IMG/VR virus record: IMGVR_UViG_3300034072_000926 | Location: 372,001 to 436,000 of that record | Length of the DNA: 64,000 nucleotides | Reading direction: 5' to 3' (one strand) | Shown here: positions 26,550 through 35,953 of the stretch, piece by piece | Layout: each line of letters opens with the position of its first letter | Numbering within the stretch: the first letter of the stretch is position 1 | Notes under the pieces: model-generated | What the model was told of the DNA's origin: nothing | The model's database searches: none | What the model saw: the letters and a program-made list of their open reading frames with translations, nothing else | Position numbers and translations under genes: made by a program

Positions 26550-26906
26550 TCAGTCCTCGGATGCATCTCCAAAATACTGATCCTCGATGCTCTGGTTAGC
26601 ATCTTTGCAGTAGAGACGCCGGGCTTTAGCCATCTGTTCCCACGCGGGCCAGGTCAGACTAAGCTCAAGGAAATCGCCTAGTCCGTCTTTATCCGTTGTG
26701 CTTCGAGTCATAATGTGATGCTCGTCACACTCGATGACCTTCATGTCGTGATTAGGACCAGAGAAGCCGGCCTCACGCCATAGCTGACCAACAGCTGGCT
26801 CAACCTCAGGTGCCCGATGCCATTGCCACAAGCGGATCGGTACGCGCCAGAACTTCCATGCCATCCCGGCTCCGGCTACAATTGCACCTGTGGAAATCAG
26901 AGGCAT
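26550..26906 (-). CDS. hypothetical protein
   Basis: coupled ORF. Confidence 0.65.
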   Translation of the reverse strand: MPLISTGAIVAGAGMAWKFWRVPIRLWQWHRAPEVEPAVGQLWREAGFSGPNHDMKVIECDEHHIMTRSTTDKDGLGDFLELSLTWPAWEQMAKARRLYCKDANQSIEDQYFGDASED

Positions 26907-27070
26907 TAGTCGATGATGTCACAGCCGTGGATCAGACCGACAATAATCAGTGCGACCAACGTCGGCATTGCGACCCAGAGCCATGCAAAGTCCGGAATGA
27001 CTGCGAACTTGAGGATCATGAGGACGAACGAAATGAACAGTCCAGCAACAAAGATAAAGAGTTCACCCAT
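26906..27070 (-). CDS. small two-TM membrane protein (54 aa)
   Basis: MILKFAVIPDFAWLWVAMP; TAATG coupling at both ends. Confidence 0.7.
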   Translation of the reverse strand: MGELFIFVAGLFISFVLMILKFAVIPDFAWLWVAMPTLVALIIVGLIHGCDIID

Positions 27071-27855
27071 TAGTTAACCTTTTCGAATACGATATCTGTG
27101 CGGATGATGATCTTCTCGCTGTTCCAAGGCTTTTCAACAGCCTTGACATACGGAGCGCCATCATGGAGTAGTCGATGATCGAACAGCAAGGCTGATCCGG
27201 CCATCGGCTTGTTAGAGAACAGGACTTCATCATCGTTGCCGACGCGGTCCCAATCACTGAAATCCATGTCGGACATTGCGAATCCGGCCTGTGGATCTTT
27301 GAGGAAACGAGTAGCACCACTTTCGTTGCTCGTCAAGTAAATCACAAGACTCATCAGCGTTCGCTGGGTTTCCGTCTTCGCATAGGTGCCATCGTAATGG
27401 GCGACCAAGAGGCTTTCGTCCTCATAGCGAATGAAGCGCATCAACGGGTTAACGCCGATGGGACGCCATAGTTCGTGACCATCATGGTCAGTCGGCGTGA
27501 ACGGATTGCAGACTCGAACCTCCGGCAACAGTGGCTTTATCCGGCGCCACAGAACATCTGCGAGTCCCTCGTTGTAGTTGGACAGCCGATAGTTGCCGAT
27601 TTTGTCGTAGAGCTTGTTTGCGTAGCCGTCCGTGCCAACGGCCTGCCAAGCATTCTGTCGCAGACCTTGGAGCAGGACGCTGATGATGCCGGCTGGAATG
27701 AGATTGTCGATGGTGATTGCCTCGTGACCATCGCCGATGTCATGTGTCTCGTGCCTCCAGATCGGAGCGCAGAGATAGTTGCCGCCGAAATGACTACCCG
27801 AAATGATCTTGTTCGAATAGTCTGAATATTCGAAGGAGTTGACGAAGCCGCTCAT
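27070..27855 (-). CDS. 2OG-Fe(II) oxygenase (prolyl-hydroxylase-like)
   Basis: RFIRY..AHYDG, LVIYL, GATRF, LLFDHRLLHDG, KIIIRTD. Confidence 0.85.
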   Translation of the reverse strand: MSGFVNSFEYSDYSNKIISGSHFGGNYLCAPIWRHETHDIGDGHEAITIDNLIPAGIISVLLQGLRQNAWQAVGTDGYANKLYDKIGNYRLSNYNEGLADVLWRRIKPLLPEVRVCNPFTPTDHDGHELWRPIGVNPLMRFIRYEDESLLVAHYDGTYAKTETQRTLMSLVIYLTSNESGATRFLKDPQAGFAMSDMDFSDWDRVGNDDEVLFSNKPMAGSALLFDHRLLHDGAPYVKAVEKPWNSEKIIIRTDIVFEKVN

Positions 27856-28028
27856 CGGTCGCTCAGTTTCCCGATCGGACTCGTCATACCACAGAGGCGG
27901 AGCCATCCTGCATGATTGCGTCGACGTTCTGCATCCTGGGCTTCCAGCTGCTCGCGCTTTTTCTCTGCCCAGTAGCGATCGTTCTCCGTGAGGTCCAGCC
28001 CACGCCGGCCGTCATTGTGGTAGGTCAT
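27852..28028 (-). CDS. small hypothetical protein
   Basis: ATGA overlaps at both ends. Confidence 0.55.
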   Translation of the reverse strand: MTYHNDGRRGLDLTENDRYWAEKKREQLEAQDAERRRNHAGWLRLCGMTSPIGKLSDR

Positions 28029-29032
28029 TCTGCGGGCCTCCATGCTGGATTGTCCCAACCATCTTTAACACCACTTTGGAGAATGTCAAGATGGACTGCG
28101 GGCGACCGGCCCAGATATTTGTGGGCATTGTAGCGGTGCATCCGCTCCAGATTGTCGCGATATTCGTCATATTGCGCACGATCCTCAGCGGTGCCATAAT
28201 CGGAGACCATGCCGTCCACAAATGCAGCGCACAGGTCGCTCCACTTGGTATGCGTGAAGATCTCCACGAAATCGTAGGGCGCACCGAAGACGACCTCATC
28301 CGTGGTCGCGTCGAACATGTCGCCTGTTGGTGCGCGAGTGAGAACCTCTTCCGGAACCCCGAGGAAACGACCGACCTCGTAGACTTCCGATTTGAACAGG
28401 TCGCTGATCAGCTGGAGATCGACCATGCCGTCAGAAGCTTTGCCGAAATAGCCGAGGTAGCCACCCTCGCTGAGATTGGTCGTGCCGATGACCAGACCGG
28501 GCATTCCCTGTGCTGCGAGAACGCTGGTCACATAATAGTAGACTGGAGTCCGAGCGTAGCTGGTGATCTGACCACGACACCAGTCCGCTTTGTCCTCATT
28601 GGGTGCACCGAGACCGCTGAACAGTTCCACGTCCTGTATGATCTGCTTTGTGATCAGACTCATGTTGATTTCGTAGAACTTAACACCGAACGTCCGGCAG
28701 ACCTGCTCCGCGAGATTAGCTGCGTCGTCCTGTCCCGTTACGCCGTGATTCTCACGATCTGGCAGGGTGATGGCAACAATACGTTCGATCGGACTGTCCT
28801 CTGCCCGGCTGGCCATTTCGACCAGACCCAGGACCACCGCACTGTCGATGCCACCGGAGATCGCAACCACTGCGCTCTTGAGGCCGGCTTGTCGGTAATA
28901 GGCGTTGAGCAGCTTGATCTTTTCCTCGACCACCGTCTCAACATTGAACCCACGTTCCTGTCGGACATGAGCGAGAGCCTGTCGGAGCGGCGCACTGAGG
29001 ACCATGTTGGTCGAGTGGTTGCGGATTTCCAT
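28025..29032 (-). CDS. nadE: NH3-dependent NAD+ synthetase
   Basis: AISGGIDSAV, GTTNLSE, GYFGKASDG, LISDLFKSEV; no glutaminase domain. Confidence 0.88.
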   Translation of the reverse strand: MEIRNHSTNMVLSAPLRQALAHVRQERGFNVETVVEEKIKLLNAYYRQAGLKSAVVAISGGIDSAVVLGLVEMASRAEDSPIERIVAITLPDRENHGVTGQDDAANLAEQVCRTFGVKFYEINMSLITKQIIQDVELFSGLGAPNEDKADWCRGQITSYARTPVYYYVTSVLAAQGMPGLVIGTTNLSEGGYLGYFGKASDGMVDLQLISDLFKSEVYEVGRFLGVPEEVLTRAPTGDMFDATTDEVVFGAPYDFVEIFTHTKWSDLCAAFVDGMVSDYGTAEDRAQYDEYRDNLERMHRYNAHKYLGRSPAVHLDILQSGVKDGWDNPAWRPAE

Positions 29033-29044
29033 GCTGGTTGCCCC

Positions 29045-29218
29045 TTACTTGCTCTCGTAGCGACGGATTGCAGCTTCGGCGCGGGCTTTGCTAACATAGC
29101 CCCAACCGTTGTTGGCCGGGCTGTTGAAGCCGGAAAAACCACACCGGATATACCAGCGACCGTGCTTTTCCTCGACCGCATCTGCTTCATTAGCGCGGGT
29201 AATGTGGTTGTAAAACAT
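29045..29218 (-). CDS. hypothetical protein
   Basis: after cassette unit 29219-29278; GFNSPANN motif. Confidence 0.75.
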   Translation of the reverse strand: MFYNHITRANEADAVEEKHGRWYIRCGFSGFNSPANNGWGYVSKARAEAAIRRYESK

Positions 29219-29282
29219 GCTCGATCTCCTGTTTGCTTCTGTTGTTTTCACACTAGCAGCAAACAGGAGGGAGTCAACCTGT

Positions 29283-29645
29283 TTATTCGGAACACCAGCT
29301 TATTAACATCAAAGTCTTAATTTGCTTCAAATGCTCTTTCGTTACCTTAATTTCTGGCGCATAATGATTCCAGCCGTCACCGCCAACGCCGCCGACACCT
29401 CCGCCAATCCGCACCATCGATCGATCTCCTAGCATCTTTAGCAAATCGATGTCATTAACCACCCCTAAAGTATTGCTTTCGAAATTATTTCCTTTGCTCT
29501 CATATTTTACGGGAATCACGCTGCTAACCAATAAACGTCGGTTATTGCTATATCTGATCGATATACCGTAATGGTCACGCAGCAGCTTGTTAATAACCCG
29601 GAGACCGGCATTATCAATAATTCGGGCTTCAATGCGCTTATCCAT
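29283..29645 (-). CDS. hypothetical protein (AT-rich)
   Basis: after cassette unit 29646-29711. Confidence 0.7.
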   Translation of the reverse strand: MDKRIEARIIDNAGLRVINKLLRDHYGISIRYSNNRRLLVSSVIPVKYESKGNNFESNTLGVVNDIDLLKMLGDRSMVRIGGGVGGVGGDGWNHYAPEIKVTKEHLKQIKTLMLISWCSE

Positions 29646-29755
29646 TTTTCGATCTCCAGTTTGCTTTATTGCCTATAAAAAGACAATAGCACAAACTGGA
29701 TTTCGTGCAACCAAAAAGTCACCAAAACTCAATAAAAACGGAAAGATTTTGATGT

Positions 29756-30556
29756 TTATCGGGAGCCTGAGAGCTTCATCATGAGCGCCGTGTCCTTCAG
29801 GGTCATGGGCATTTTCATGATCTTCTGGGTCGAGTTTTCCTCAAGCGGAATGCGGAGCATTTCGCCATCACCACAAGCTTCAACCAATACCCGGATCTCA
29901 TCCGCGTAACCCTTGACTACACCTACATCGAGACCCTCGCCATAGAGCTTCGCAACGACCACAAGGTCGCCAATGTTGACTTCCTGATCGAGTCGATCAA
30001 AGAACGTCAATGGACGAACGTCCTCATTGAATGCGTAGACTTCACCACCCTGGTAATCGATCAGGATGGAAACAGAATCGTCCACACCACTAGCCATATA
30101 GCCGGGATAGATCGTGCCGTCCATCATGCGAATCGGAGTAGATCCTGAAAAGGAATACCACCGCAAATAGCGAGGCGCACGAGTATAAGCGTATTTCTTA
30201 GACTTGTTATAGGTTTCCCACGAGGAAAGGTGATAGTTGGTATTTTGAATGGTGACTTCGTTGACCAAGAAACGCCAACCAGTATGGTCTTTGTCATTTG
30301 TCGTGGCACGGAATATCGAACCCTTGTTGATCCCCCGATTGAGTTTCAGCCACACAAAGGGCTTCTTAACCTCTGCGATAAGGAGATCGATATTTGCTTC
30401 GCGCTCGGCCAGCTTCTTCAGATCACCCGCAGTAAGGGGATTATTGTTTGATAACGTGGAGGGGATAACGTCGTCATCGAAAGCGAATACGCTAGTGGAT
30501 TTGAGCTTGATTTCTTTCATATAGGTGGGATAATAGGCTACCCCACCTATAGTCAA
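29756..30556 (-). CDS. hypothetical protein, paralog of 2734..3546
   Basis: RGINKGSIFR vs GGARNGSIIR; KOW-like C-terminus. Confidence 0.75.
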   Translation of the reverse strand: MTIGGVAYYPTYMKEIKLKSTSVFAFDDDVIPSTLSNNNPLTAGDLKKLAEREANIDLLIAEVKKPFVWLKLNRGINKGSIFRATTNDKDHTGWRFLVNEVTIQNTNYHLSSWETYNKSKKYAYTRAPRYLRWYSFSGSTPIRMMDGTIYPGYMASGVDDSVSILIDYQGGEVYAFNEDVRPLTFFDRLDQEVNIGDLVVVAKLYGEGLDVGVVKGYADEIRVLVEACGDGEMLRIPLEENSTQKIMKMPMTLKDTALMMKLSGSR

Positions 30557-30564
30557 TATTCACA

Positions 30565-31233
30565 TCATTTGGGTTCGAGACGGAAGTCCGGATCGCCAAA
30601 TTCGTTGTAGAAATGAATGCCCCAGGTATCCAGCTCACTCTCAGGAATGAGCTCAAATGACTTCTTAGAGTCAACATAGCGATGATAGGAAGGACGACCA
30701 TCGGCATTAAAGTCAGTGCGCTTCTTAAACGCTATCCGACTGATTTCTGTATTGGCTCTTGCCTTTCGAGCCTCGAGGATCCGTGCCTTTGCCGGTTCAA
30801 GATCAGTTCCTGGTTCGACATAGAATCCATAATGAAGACCCTCTCGACAACCCTCCGGTTGCCAATAGACCATTTCATATTTAGGAGGCCAAGGCAATCC
30901 CGCTTCTAACCTTTCAGCCTTCATCTTCGCAACTTCAAGGTGTCGCTCGACACGATGCTCAGGAAGCTGGAAGTTATATCGTTTGGCAACCTTGATAGCT
31001 GCGCCATAGTTGGCGTAACTTCCAAAGGAGGTCACGGACATAGCCTCGTTGACTTCCCGGTCCTCTTGGCTGATCCCGTGTGGGTCGACTTTCGCTCGAT
31101 GCGCGTAATATTCTGGCCAGGTCATCGGTGGCAGCTTTTCGGGCTGCGACTTCGCGAGCGATTCGTTCTCGCCCTTTGATGGTTTTGGCTTTGCGGGCTT
31201 TCCGCTTGAGTCGTTCGGGTTCTCTTTCGTCAT
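30565..31233 (-). CDS. hypothetical protein (start uncertain)
   Basis: 222-aa ORF; may start at MTWPEYY. Confidence 0.65.
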   Translation of the reverse strand: MTKENPNDSSGKPAKPKPSKGENESLAKSQPEKLPPMTWPEYYAHRAKVDPHGISQEDREVNEAMSVTSFGSYANYGAAIKVAKRYNFQLPEHRVERHLEVAKMKAERLEAGLPWPPKYEMVYWQPEGCREGLHYGFYVEPGTDLEPAKARILEARKARANTEISRIAFKKRTDFNADGRPSYHRYVDSKKSFELIPESELDTWGIHFYNEFGDPDFRLEPK

Positions 31234-31597
31234 ACCATTTCATAACTTTTGGGTTAATATCTGTCAAGCCGAGATACTTGCGAGCCCGGCCATCCTTCTC
31301 GATCGCTGACTCTAGGAACTCAAGAGGCATGACTGTGAAGAAGAATCTCTTGTCCGAGTTGTAGAACGCGAGAACTTTACCCTTAGACGTATCAAGAAGC
31401 CACCATGTCTTAGTCAGCGATTTACGTCCAATGAATCCCTTCCCACTTGTTATGAGGTCCGGTAGGGCTTTCCATTCTTCATGAGAGATTACAAAATTAT
31501 ATCGCTGGAAGATTCGTTCGTTAAAATGCCGCCATGCTGATTTAGAGGTCCATCCTTTACCGGGCATAACCCCACTCATCATAAGAGTTTGCTTCAA
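30974..31597 (-). CDS. hypothetical protein
   Basis: HFNERIFQRY motif; overlaps next ORF. Confidence 0.6.
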   Translation of the reverse strand: MKQTLMMSGVMPGKGWTSKSAWRHFNERIFQRYNFVISHEEWKALPDLITSGKGFIGRKSLTKTWWLLDTSKGKVLAFYNSDKRFFFTVMPLEFLESAIEKDGRARKYLGLTDINPKVMKWYDEREPERLKRKARKAKTIKGRERIAREVAARKAATDDLARILRASSESRPTRDQPRGPGSQRGYVRDLLWKLRQLWRSYQGCQTI

Positions 31598-31958
31598 CGC
31601 AGGAACGATCCTGATCGAGTTGCCATCCCTTTACGGGGAGAATGAAGCCATAGTGGGGAGAAGCTGTTCGATCGTCAATTCGATAACGAGTAGCATTGGA
31701 AGGAAAGAAGTCCCAGAACTTCAAGGATCGCTCTTCGCCGTGGAACCGACAGATCAAATCGGCCAACATGAGGAAGCTGCGGGCATTTTGCCCCGAGACG
31801 CCCCTGTGACGCTCTCTGAGCTGATACGCATAGTCTGCGTAGGGCGTGGGCGCCCGACCGATCATTGCGTTCTTATAGGCCGTCTCTGCTGCTTCGAAGG
31901 ATGGCGAATCCCATCCACTCCGAGGCATTGCATCTTCTATGTATTTTTGCGAAGTCAT
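31557..31958 (-). CDS. hypothetical protein
   Basis: GAGGA SD. Confidence 0.7.
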   Translation of the reverse strand: MTSQKYIEDAMPRSGWDSPSFEAAETAYKNAMIGRAPTPYADYAYQLRERHRGVSGQNARSFLMLADLICRFHGEERSLKFWDFFPSNATRYRIDDRTASPHYGFILPVKGWQLDQDRSCVEANSYDEWGYAR

Positions 31959-32084
31959 GCAGTCCTCAAGTCTGGTATCACAACTCCATATAGGACAAAT
32001 ACACCAAGGACAAGAGTAAGAATAGACCCAATCATACCGAACTCCTAAAGTGACAAATTACCACCTATCCTGTAAACTGGCAGG

Positions 32085-32648
32085 ATGTCTAAGTGGGAAT
32101 ATGTTCTGTTCGATCTGGAGTGCAACGGGTTCAAGCCAGATAAGATTTGGGTCATCTGTATGATTGACCTAATCACCCGTGAGCGCAAGAGCTTCGTTGG
32201 TATGGAAGCCATAGCAGAAGCTATCATGATCTTGCAAGACGCAAAGTTACTCGTCGGCCACAATATCAAGACCTTCGACGTTAGGGTGATTGAGAAGATC
32301 ATGGAGGGCGCAGTGTCGTTTGACCGCGATCGTGTTCTCGATACACTCTATTTGAGCAAGGCGCTTGTGAAGATGGACAATCATCGCCTCGAGGCATGGG
32401 GCGAGATCCTAGGCGTGCCAAAACTTGATACGCCGTTTGGATGGTTCAAGTTTGATCCACGTATGGTTCCCTATTGCGAACGCGACGTGGATCTAAACCT
32501 TGAGGTGTTCTTGGCTCTTTGGGCCCTAATGGAACAGAGACACGGTCAGAAAATACCACCTAAGTGGAAGATGTTGACCGAGTTTAAGGAATCAGTTGCG
32601 GCTCATCAATCCCAAGCCGCCGGAGATCTTGCCGTCCTTAAGGGTTAA
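32085..32648 (+). CDS. DnaQ-like 3'-5' exonuclease (family A polymerase proofreading-type, standalone)
   Basis: FDLECNG, GHNIKTFD, DTLYLSK, YCERDVDL. Confidence 0.85.
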   Translation: MSKWEYVLFDLECNGFKPDKIWVICMIDLITRERKSFVGMEAIAEAIMILQDAKLLVGHNIKTFDVRVIEKIMEGAVSFDRDRVLDTLYLSKALVKMDNHRLEAWGEILGVPKLDTPFGWFKFDPRMVPYCERDVDLNLEVFLALWALMEQRHGQKIPPKWKMLTEFKESVAAHQSQAAGDLAVLKG

Positions 32649-33002
32649 ATCCTGCAGACGGGCAGGTCGCCACGAATTGTGCTGATATGCTCCGTCGTAG
32701 ACCATCAGGACGAGTTGCCATCCGAACATACTGCGGCGAGGAGCAAAGCAGATAGGAAGTTCTCCAGCCTCTTTGGGTTCAAGCAGAGTGGACAGGCTCA
32801 TCGTGCTCAGATGCTCGAGAGTCACATTGTGCCAGTTCTTCCCAATCTCAACCCATTTACTCGGAGACATGAAGAAGGTTTTGTATTCTTCGACCTTCTT
32901 CTCAGCCTGAAGGATGATGACCGGATCCTTGAACCAGCGAGACTTGAGGGCGAAACGATACCGACCAGTGTGAGTGGAACGATAGTTAGAACCTTCAGAC
33001 AT
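32592..33002 (-). CDS. hypothetical protein
   Basis: ORF in operon. Confidence 0.65.
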   Translation of the reverse strand: MSEGSNYRSTHTGRYRFALKSRWFKDPVIILQAEKKVEEYKTFFMSPSKWVEIGKNWHNVTLEHLSTMSLSTLLEPKEAGELPICFAPRRSMFGWQLVLMVYDGAYQHNSWRPARLQDLTLKDGKISGGLGLMSRN

Positions 33003-33378
33003 TGTCGTCTGCCAGTGTCAACATTGCAGCGCGCTGCTCTTCGGTCAGATTGTGATCCTTGACGAGAGTGTTGAGACGATCCCAGATGTTTCGCTGGATC
33101 TCGTAAACGCTCTGAACGAACCGTCCGCCCTCCTTCAGAACGATAGATTCCCACCACATGAAATCGGTCACGGTGAGTTCCAGACGATATTCCTTCTCGA
33201 CCTTGTTCCCAACTGTGGTCGGGACACTGATGCTCTTGAAGCTCTTGGCCACATCGTCAGGGACGATCTTGACCAGTTCACGGTAAAATTCCATGAACTG
33301 CTGGTGTTCCTCAGTCTCCTTCTGGCGAGCACCGGTGATGATGGCAATGAGGGACTTAAAAGCATTGAAGGGAATCAT
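32995..33378 (-). CDS. hypothetical protein
   Basis: ATGA overlap. Confidence 0.7.
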   Translation of the reverse strand: MIPFNAFKSLIAIITGARQKETEEHQQFMEFYRELVKIVPDDVAKSFKSISVPTTVGNKVEKEYRLELTVTDFMWWESIVLKEGGRFVQSVYEIQRNIWDRLNTLVKDHNLTEEQRAAMLTLADDNV

Positions 33379-33971
33379 TCAACAATCTCCACAATGGCGC
33401 GCTTCTTACGAGGGCCAAGTTCGTGTCTACCAAGTTCGAGGGGCTTATCCCAACCGTTCTTGCGAGCCTGAGCCACAGACGGGAAGAAACCCAAGTCCAC
33501 CATGAGGTGAGCCATTAGGGTCTTGTTCTGCGCCTGCATGTCCGCGATGCTGATACGGTCGGCTTTGCGCTGGGGATCGCCGTTGCTGTCAATATCCCAC
33601 CAGCCTATCTTCTCACCACGTTTGATGCCCTCGCGAGCCTGTAGCTTGACTTGACCGAGCCAATCTTCTTTGGTTCGAGGCTCTCCGGATTGGAACCAAC
33701 CCCAAAAACCCCAGTCATCATCGCGGATAACCTCGAAGGTCTTGTCGCCGAATGTGAACTGACCGCGCAATGGCATAAAGTCGCCATCTTCCACGATAGT
33801 TTCATCCACACCTGGATCGGGAACAATCACACCGTGGGACTCGTGAATCTCATGGACCTTCGTCTCAATGAGATGACCCATCCACCACACTTCTTCCTCT
33901 TCAAGACGAAGGGTCTTGAATTCAACGAAGCCGGGCTGAATAGCCGTGCCGGAAGGGAATAGAACTTTCAT
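33375..33971 (-). CDS. protein with C-terminal S4-like RNA-binding motif
   Basis: LMVDLGFFPSVAQARKNGW resembles the TyrRS C-terminal S4 motif. Confidence 0.6.
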   Translation of the reverse strand: MKVLFPSGTAIQPGFVEFKTLRLEEEEVWWMGHLIETKVHEIHESHGVIVPDPGVDETIVEDGDFMPLRGQFTFGDKTFEVIRDDDWGFWGWFQSGEPRTKEDWLGQVKLQAREGIKRGEKIGWWDIDSNGDPQRKADRISIADMQAQNKTLMAHLMVDLGFFPSVAQARKNGWDKPLELGRHELGPRKKRAIVEIVE

Positions 33972-34010
33972 ATGTCTGCCCTATAGTTAAGCAGGTGAGA
34001 TGTCAACCGA

Positions 34011-34379
34011 TTAAATCCAGGGCTTGAGACCCTTAAGGATGTCTTCACGATCCTTTGGATCAATAGGTCCGATGCCAAGTGCGGTAATCATCGGGCGAGG
34101 GAAGACAGTCTTCCCTGCATCCTTAATAAGAGCCACACCATATTTGTCCTTGTAGAGACGACTCAGCTTGTGGAGGGTTTCTTCATCGGCAACGAGACAA
34201 ACCTTGGCTACTATGCCAGAGTCCCGATAAGCCTTGACAACATCTGGGAAGCGATCCAAAGCGTCAAAGACAGCCTCAGTGTAGGCGTGCCCGATCTGAG
34301 CACCCATCTTGCCACGATTGCCCTTGGACTCCTGAACAGCTTCCTTGCTCACAATACAGTAGAGTTTAAGTTCAGACAT
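34011..34379 (-). CDS. pth2: peptidyl-tRNA hydrolase, Pth2 type
   Basis: GKMGAQIGHA, KVCL, IKDAGKT, TALGIGP. Confidence 0.88.
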   Translation of the reverse strand: MSELKLYCIVSKEAVQESKGNRGKMGAQIGHAYTEAVFDALDRFPDVVKAYRDSGIVAKVCLVADEETLHKLSRLYKDKYGVALIKDAGKTVFPRPMITALGIGPIDPKDREDILKGLKPWI

Positions 34380-34674
34380 TCTCTAATTTCCATACCATTG
34401 CTGCTGCTCGACCGTTATCTCTAGCCAGCACATAAATGGTGGTATAGAAGATAGCTTCGTTGGTTGCCTTCATGATACGGCCGAGTTTCGAGTCTCCTTG
34501 GCGAATAATATCCGCTTCGGGAAAAATCCCAAAAGTTGCTAAGAAATCATCGAGACTTCCTTGAATAGCAAGCTCATGAGTATCCGAAAACGTGAATCCC
34601 TGACTATTATTGGTGAGAGATTTCACATAATCGCGCTTCTTTTCGGCACGATCTTCAAGTTCTGATAGTGTCAT
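34372..34674 (-). CDS. hypothetical protein with C-terminal AMVWKL tag
   Basis: leaderless promoter TTGATT..TATAGT-AAGGC-ATG. Confidence 0.7.
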   Translation of the reverse strand: MTLSELEDRAEKKRDYVKSLTNNSQGFTFSDTHELAIQGSLDDFLATFGIFPEADIIRQGDSKLGRIMKATNEAIFYTTIYVLARDNGRAAAMVWKLENV

Positions 34675-34705
34675 GCCTTACTATAGCGCAAGGTAGAACA
34701 GTTAA

Positions 34706-34861
34706 TCAATTTTTAAGGAAGGCACAAGCTATCTTGCAACAGGAGCCACACTTGACTGCGCAGCCGAGGATCGAATATGCTTCATGAGGGCTTTTGGCGC
34801 CTGCTGCCTTAGCCTTTGCGAGTTTCGTTTCGTTGATATTATTGCAGGAACAAACGATCAT
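34706..34861 (-). CDS. bfd: bacterioferritin-associated ferredoxin-like [2Fe-2S] protein (51 aa)
   Basis: MIVCSCNNIN...LGCAVKCGSC; GAGGTGA SD. Confidence 0.8.
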   Translation of the reverse strand: MIVCSCNNINETKLAKAKAAGAKSPHEAYSILGCAVKCGSCCKIACAFLKN

Positions 34862-34902
34862 ATTCACCTCATCTCATATTTACATGAAATGAAAGGTGGT
34901 TG

Positions 34903-35190
34903 TCAAGCCAAGGTAAGGCGCAAAAGAACAGCTGATTGAACACCGTGCTTCTTCGCGTGATAGAACACCTGCCCGTCACGCTCGAACTGTTCGATGAGTG
35001 CGTGGTATTCACTCTCAAAGCGTTGCCAAGACCTATTGCCCGGATCGCCGAAACCAGTCATGTAGTCATGTGCAAGAGTCCACGTCTCTCGCATATTGCG
35101 ATCGGTTGCACGATGTCCCATTTTGATATGATACATCTTAAGAGCTTCGAATGATGCCTTCATTCGTTCCCGTAGATCGTCAATAGTCAT
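34903..35190 (-). CDS. hypothetical protein, tandem paralog
   Basis: VFYHAKKHGVQSAVLLRL. Confidence 0.75.
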   Translation of the reverse strand: MTIDDLRERMKASFEALKMYHIKMGHRATDRNMRETWTLAHDYMTGFGDPGNRSWQRFESEYHALIEQFERDGQVFYHAKKHGVQSAVLLRLTLA

Positions 35191-35455
35191 TGGAAAGCTT
35201 CAACAGCATAGCTGATTGCAACCCATGCTTCTTTGCATGATAGAAGACGTCTCCGGCACGAACAAGTCGTGTCGCAATGTCTCGATACTGGGCGGTAATA
35301 TTTGGCGACTTTACAACAACCTTCTTGCAAAAGGCATAATGCTCACGCATTGATTTATTGCGTACGCCATTTGGAGGATTCATCGACTCACGATAAGCGG
35401 AATACTCAGCAAAGACCCTCTTGAGGTCCTCACGTAGATCATTCAGGGTCGTCAT
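35180..35455 (-). CDS. hypothetical protein, tandem paralog
   Basis: VFYHAKKHGLQSAMLLKL. Confidence 0.75.
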   Translation of the reverse strand: MTTLNDLREDLKRVFAEYSAYRESMNPPNGVRNKSMREHYAFCKKVVVKSPNITAQYRDIATRLVRAGDVFYHAKKHGLQSAMLLKLSNDY

Positions 35456-35739
35456 AGTTTGCCAGTCATCCTTAGACGCTTGGCACGACGATAGGCCCAG
35501 GAACGAAACTTCTTCAGCTTTGCATCACGAGCAATCCAGTTCTTAGTCAGTCGGACCTTCTCACGATCATACGGGAAGGTTGCCTGCTTCACTCTCTCAT
35601 ATTCTTCCTTAGAAGGGAAGGCGCAGCTATAACGACCGTGGGGACGACGTTCCTCGACAATCTTCCAGAACCGCCGGAGATAGTCCTGTCGATTCCACCG
35701 AATTAAAGTCTGAGCAATCGAAAGCGGTGTAAGCGTCAC
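35452..35739 (-). CDS. hypothetical basic protein
   Basis: ORF in operon. Confidence 0.65.
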   Translation of the reverse strand: MTLTPLSIAQTLIRWNRQDYLRRFWKIVEERRPHGRYSCAFPSKEEYERVKQATFPYDREKVRLTKNWIARDAKLKKFRSWAYRRAKRLRMTGKL

Positions 35740-35743
35740 AGAT

Positions 35744-35953
35744 TTATCCGTCTAATTTATGGGCCAATACATCAGCTTGTTCAGCCAGATTGAGCGCACC
35801 GAACTTTGTCCATAGCGCGGCCTTCTGAAGCGAGTCAACACCTTTTTGACCCATCTTCTCAAGTTCAGACATGGGAAGATTGCGAATGCTCGCAATGATC
35901 ACGCCTTCACTATCAAGGGTCAAATCGATCGTTATGACGGGTTTATCGCTCAC
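35744..35953 (-). CDS. hypothetical protein
   Basis: GTGA overlap. Confidence 0.65.
   Translation of the reverse strand: MSDKPVITIDLTLDSEGVIIASIRNLPMSELEKMGQKGVDSLQKAALWTKFGALNLAEQADVLAHKLDG

Noticed and set aside
25501-26580. 359-aa + strand ORF
   Set aside because: Antisense shadow of ftsK; no SD or motifs
28076-29320. 414-aa + strand ORF
   Set aside because: Antisense to nadE and crosses a cassette promoter; codon-bias artefact
639-29711. Repeated units as a CRISPR array or integron attC sites
   Set aside because: Spacing is gene-sized and irregular, repeats are degenerate, GTTGAC is better explained as a -35 box, and there is no cas or integrase gene in the window
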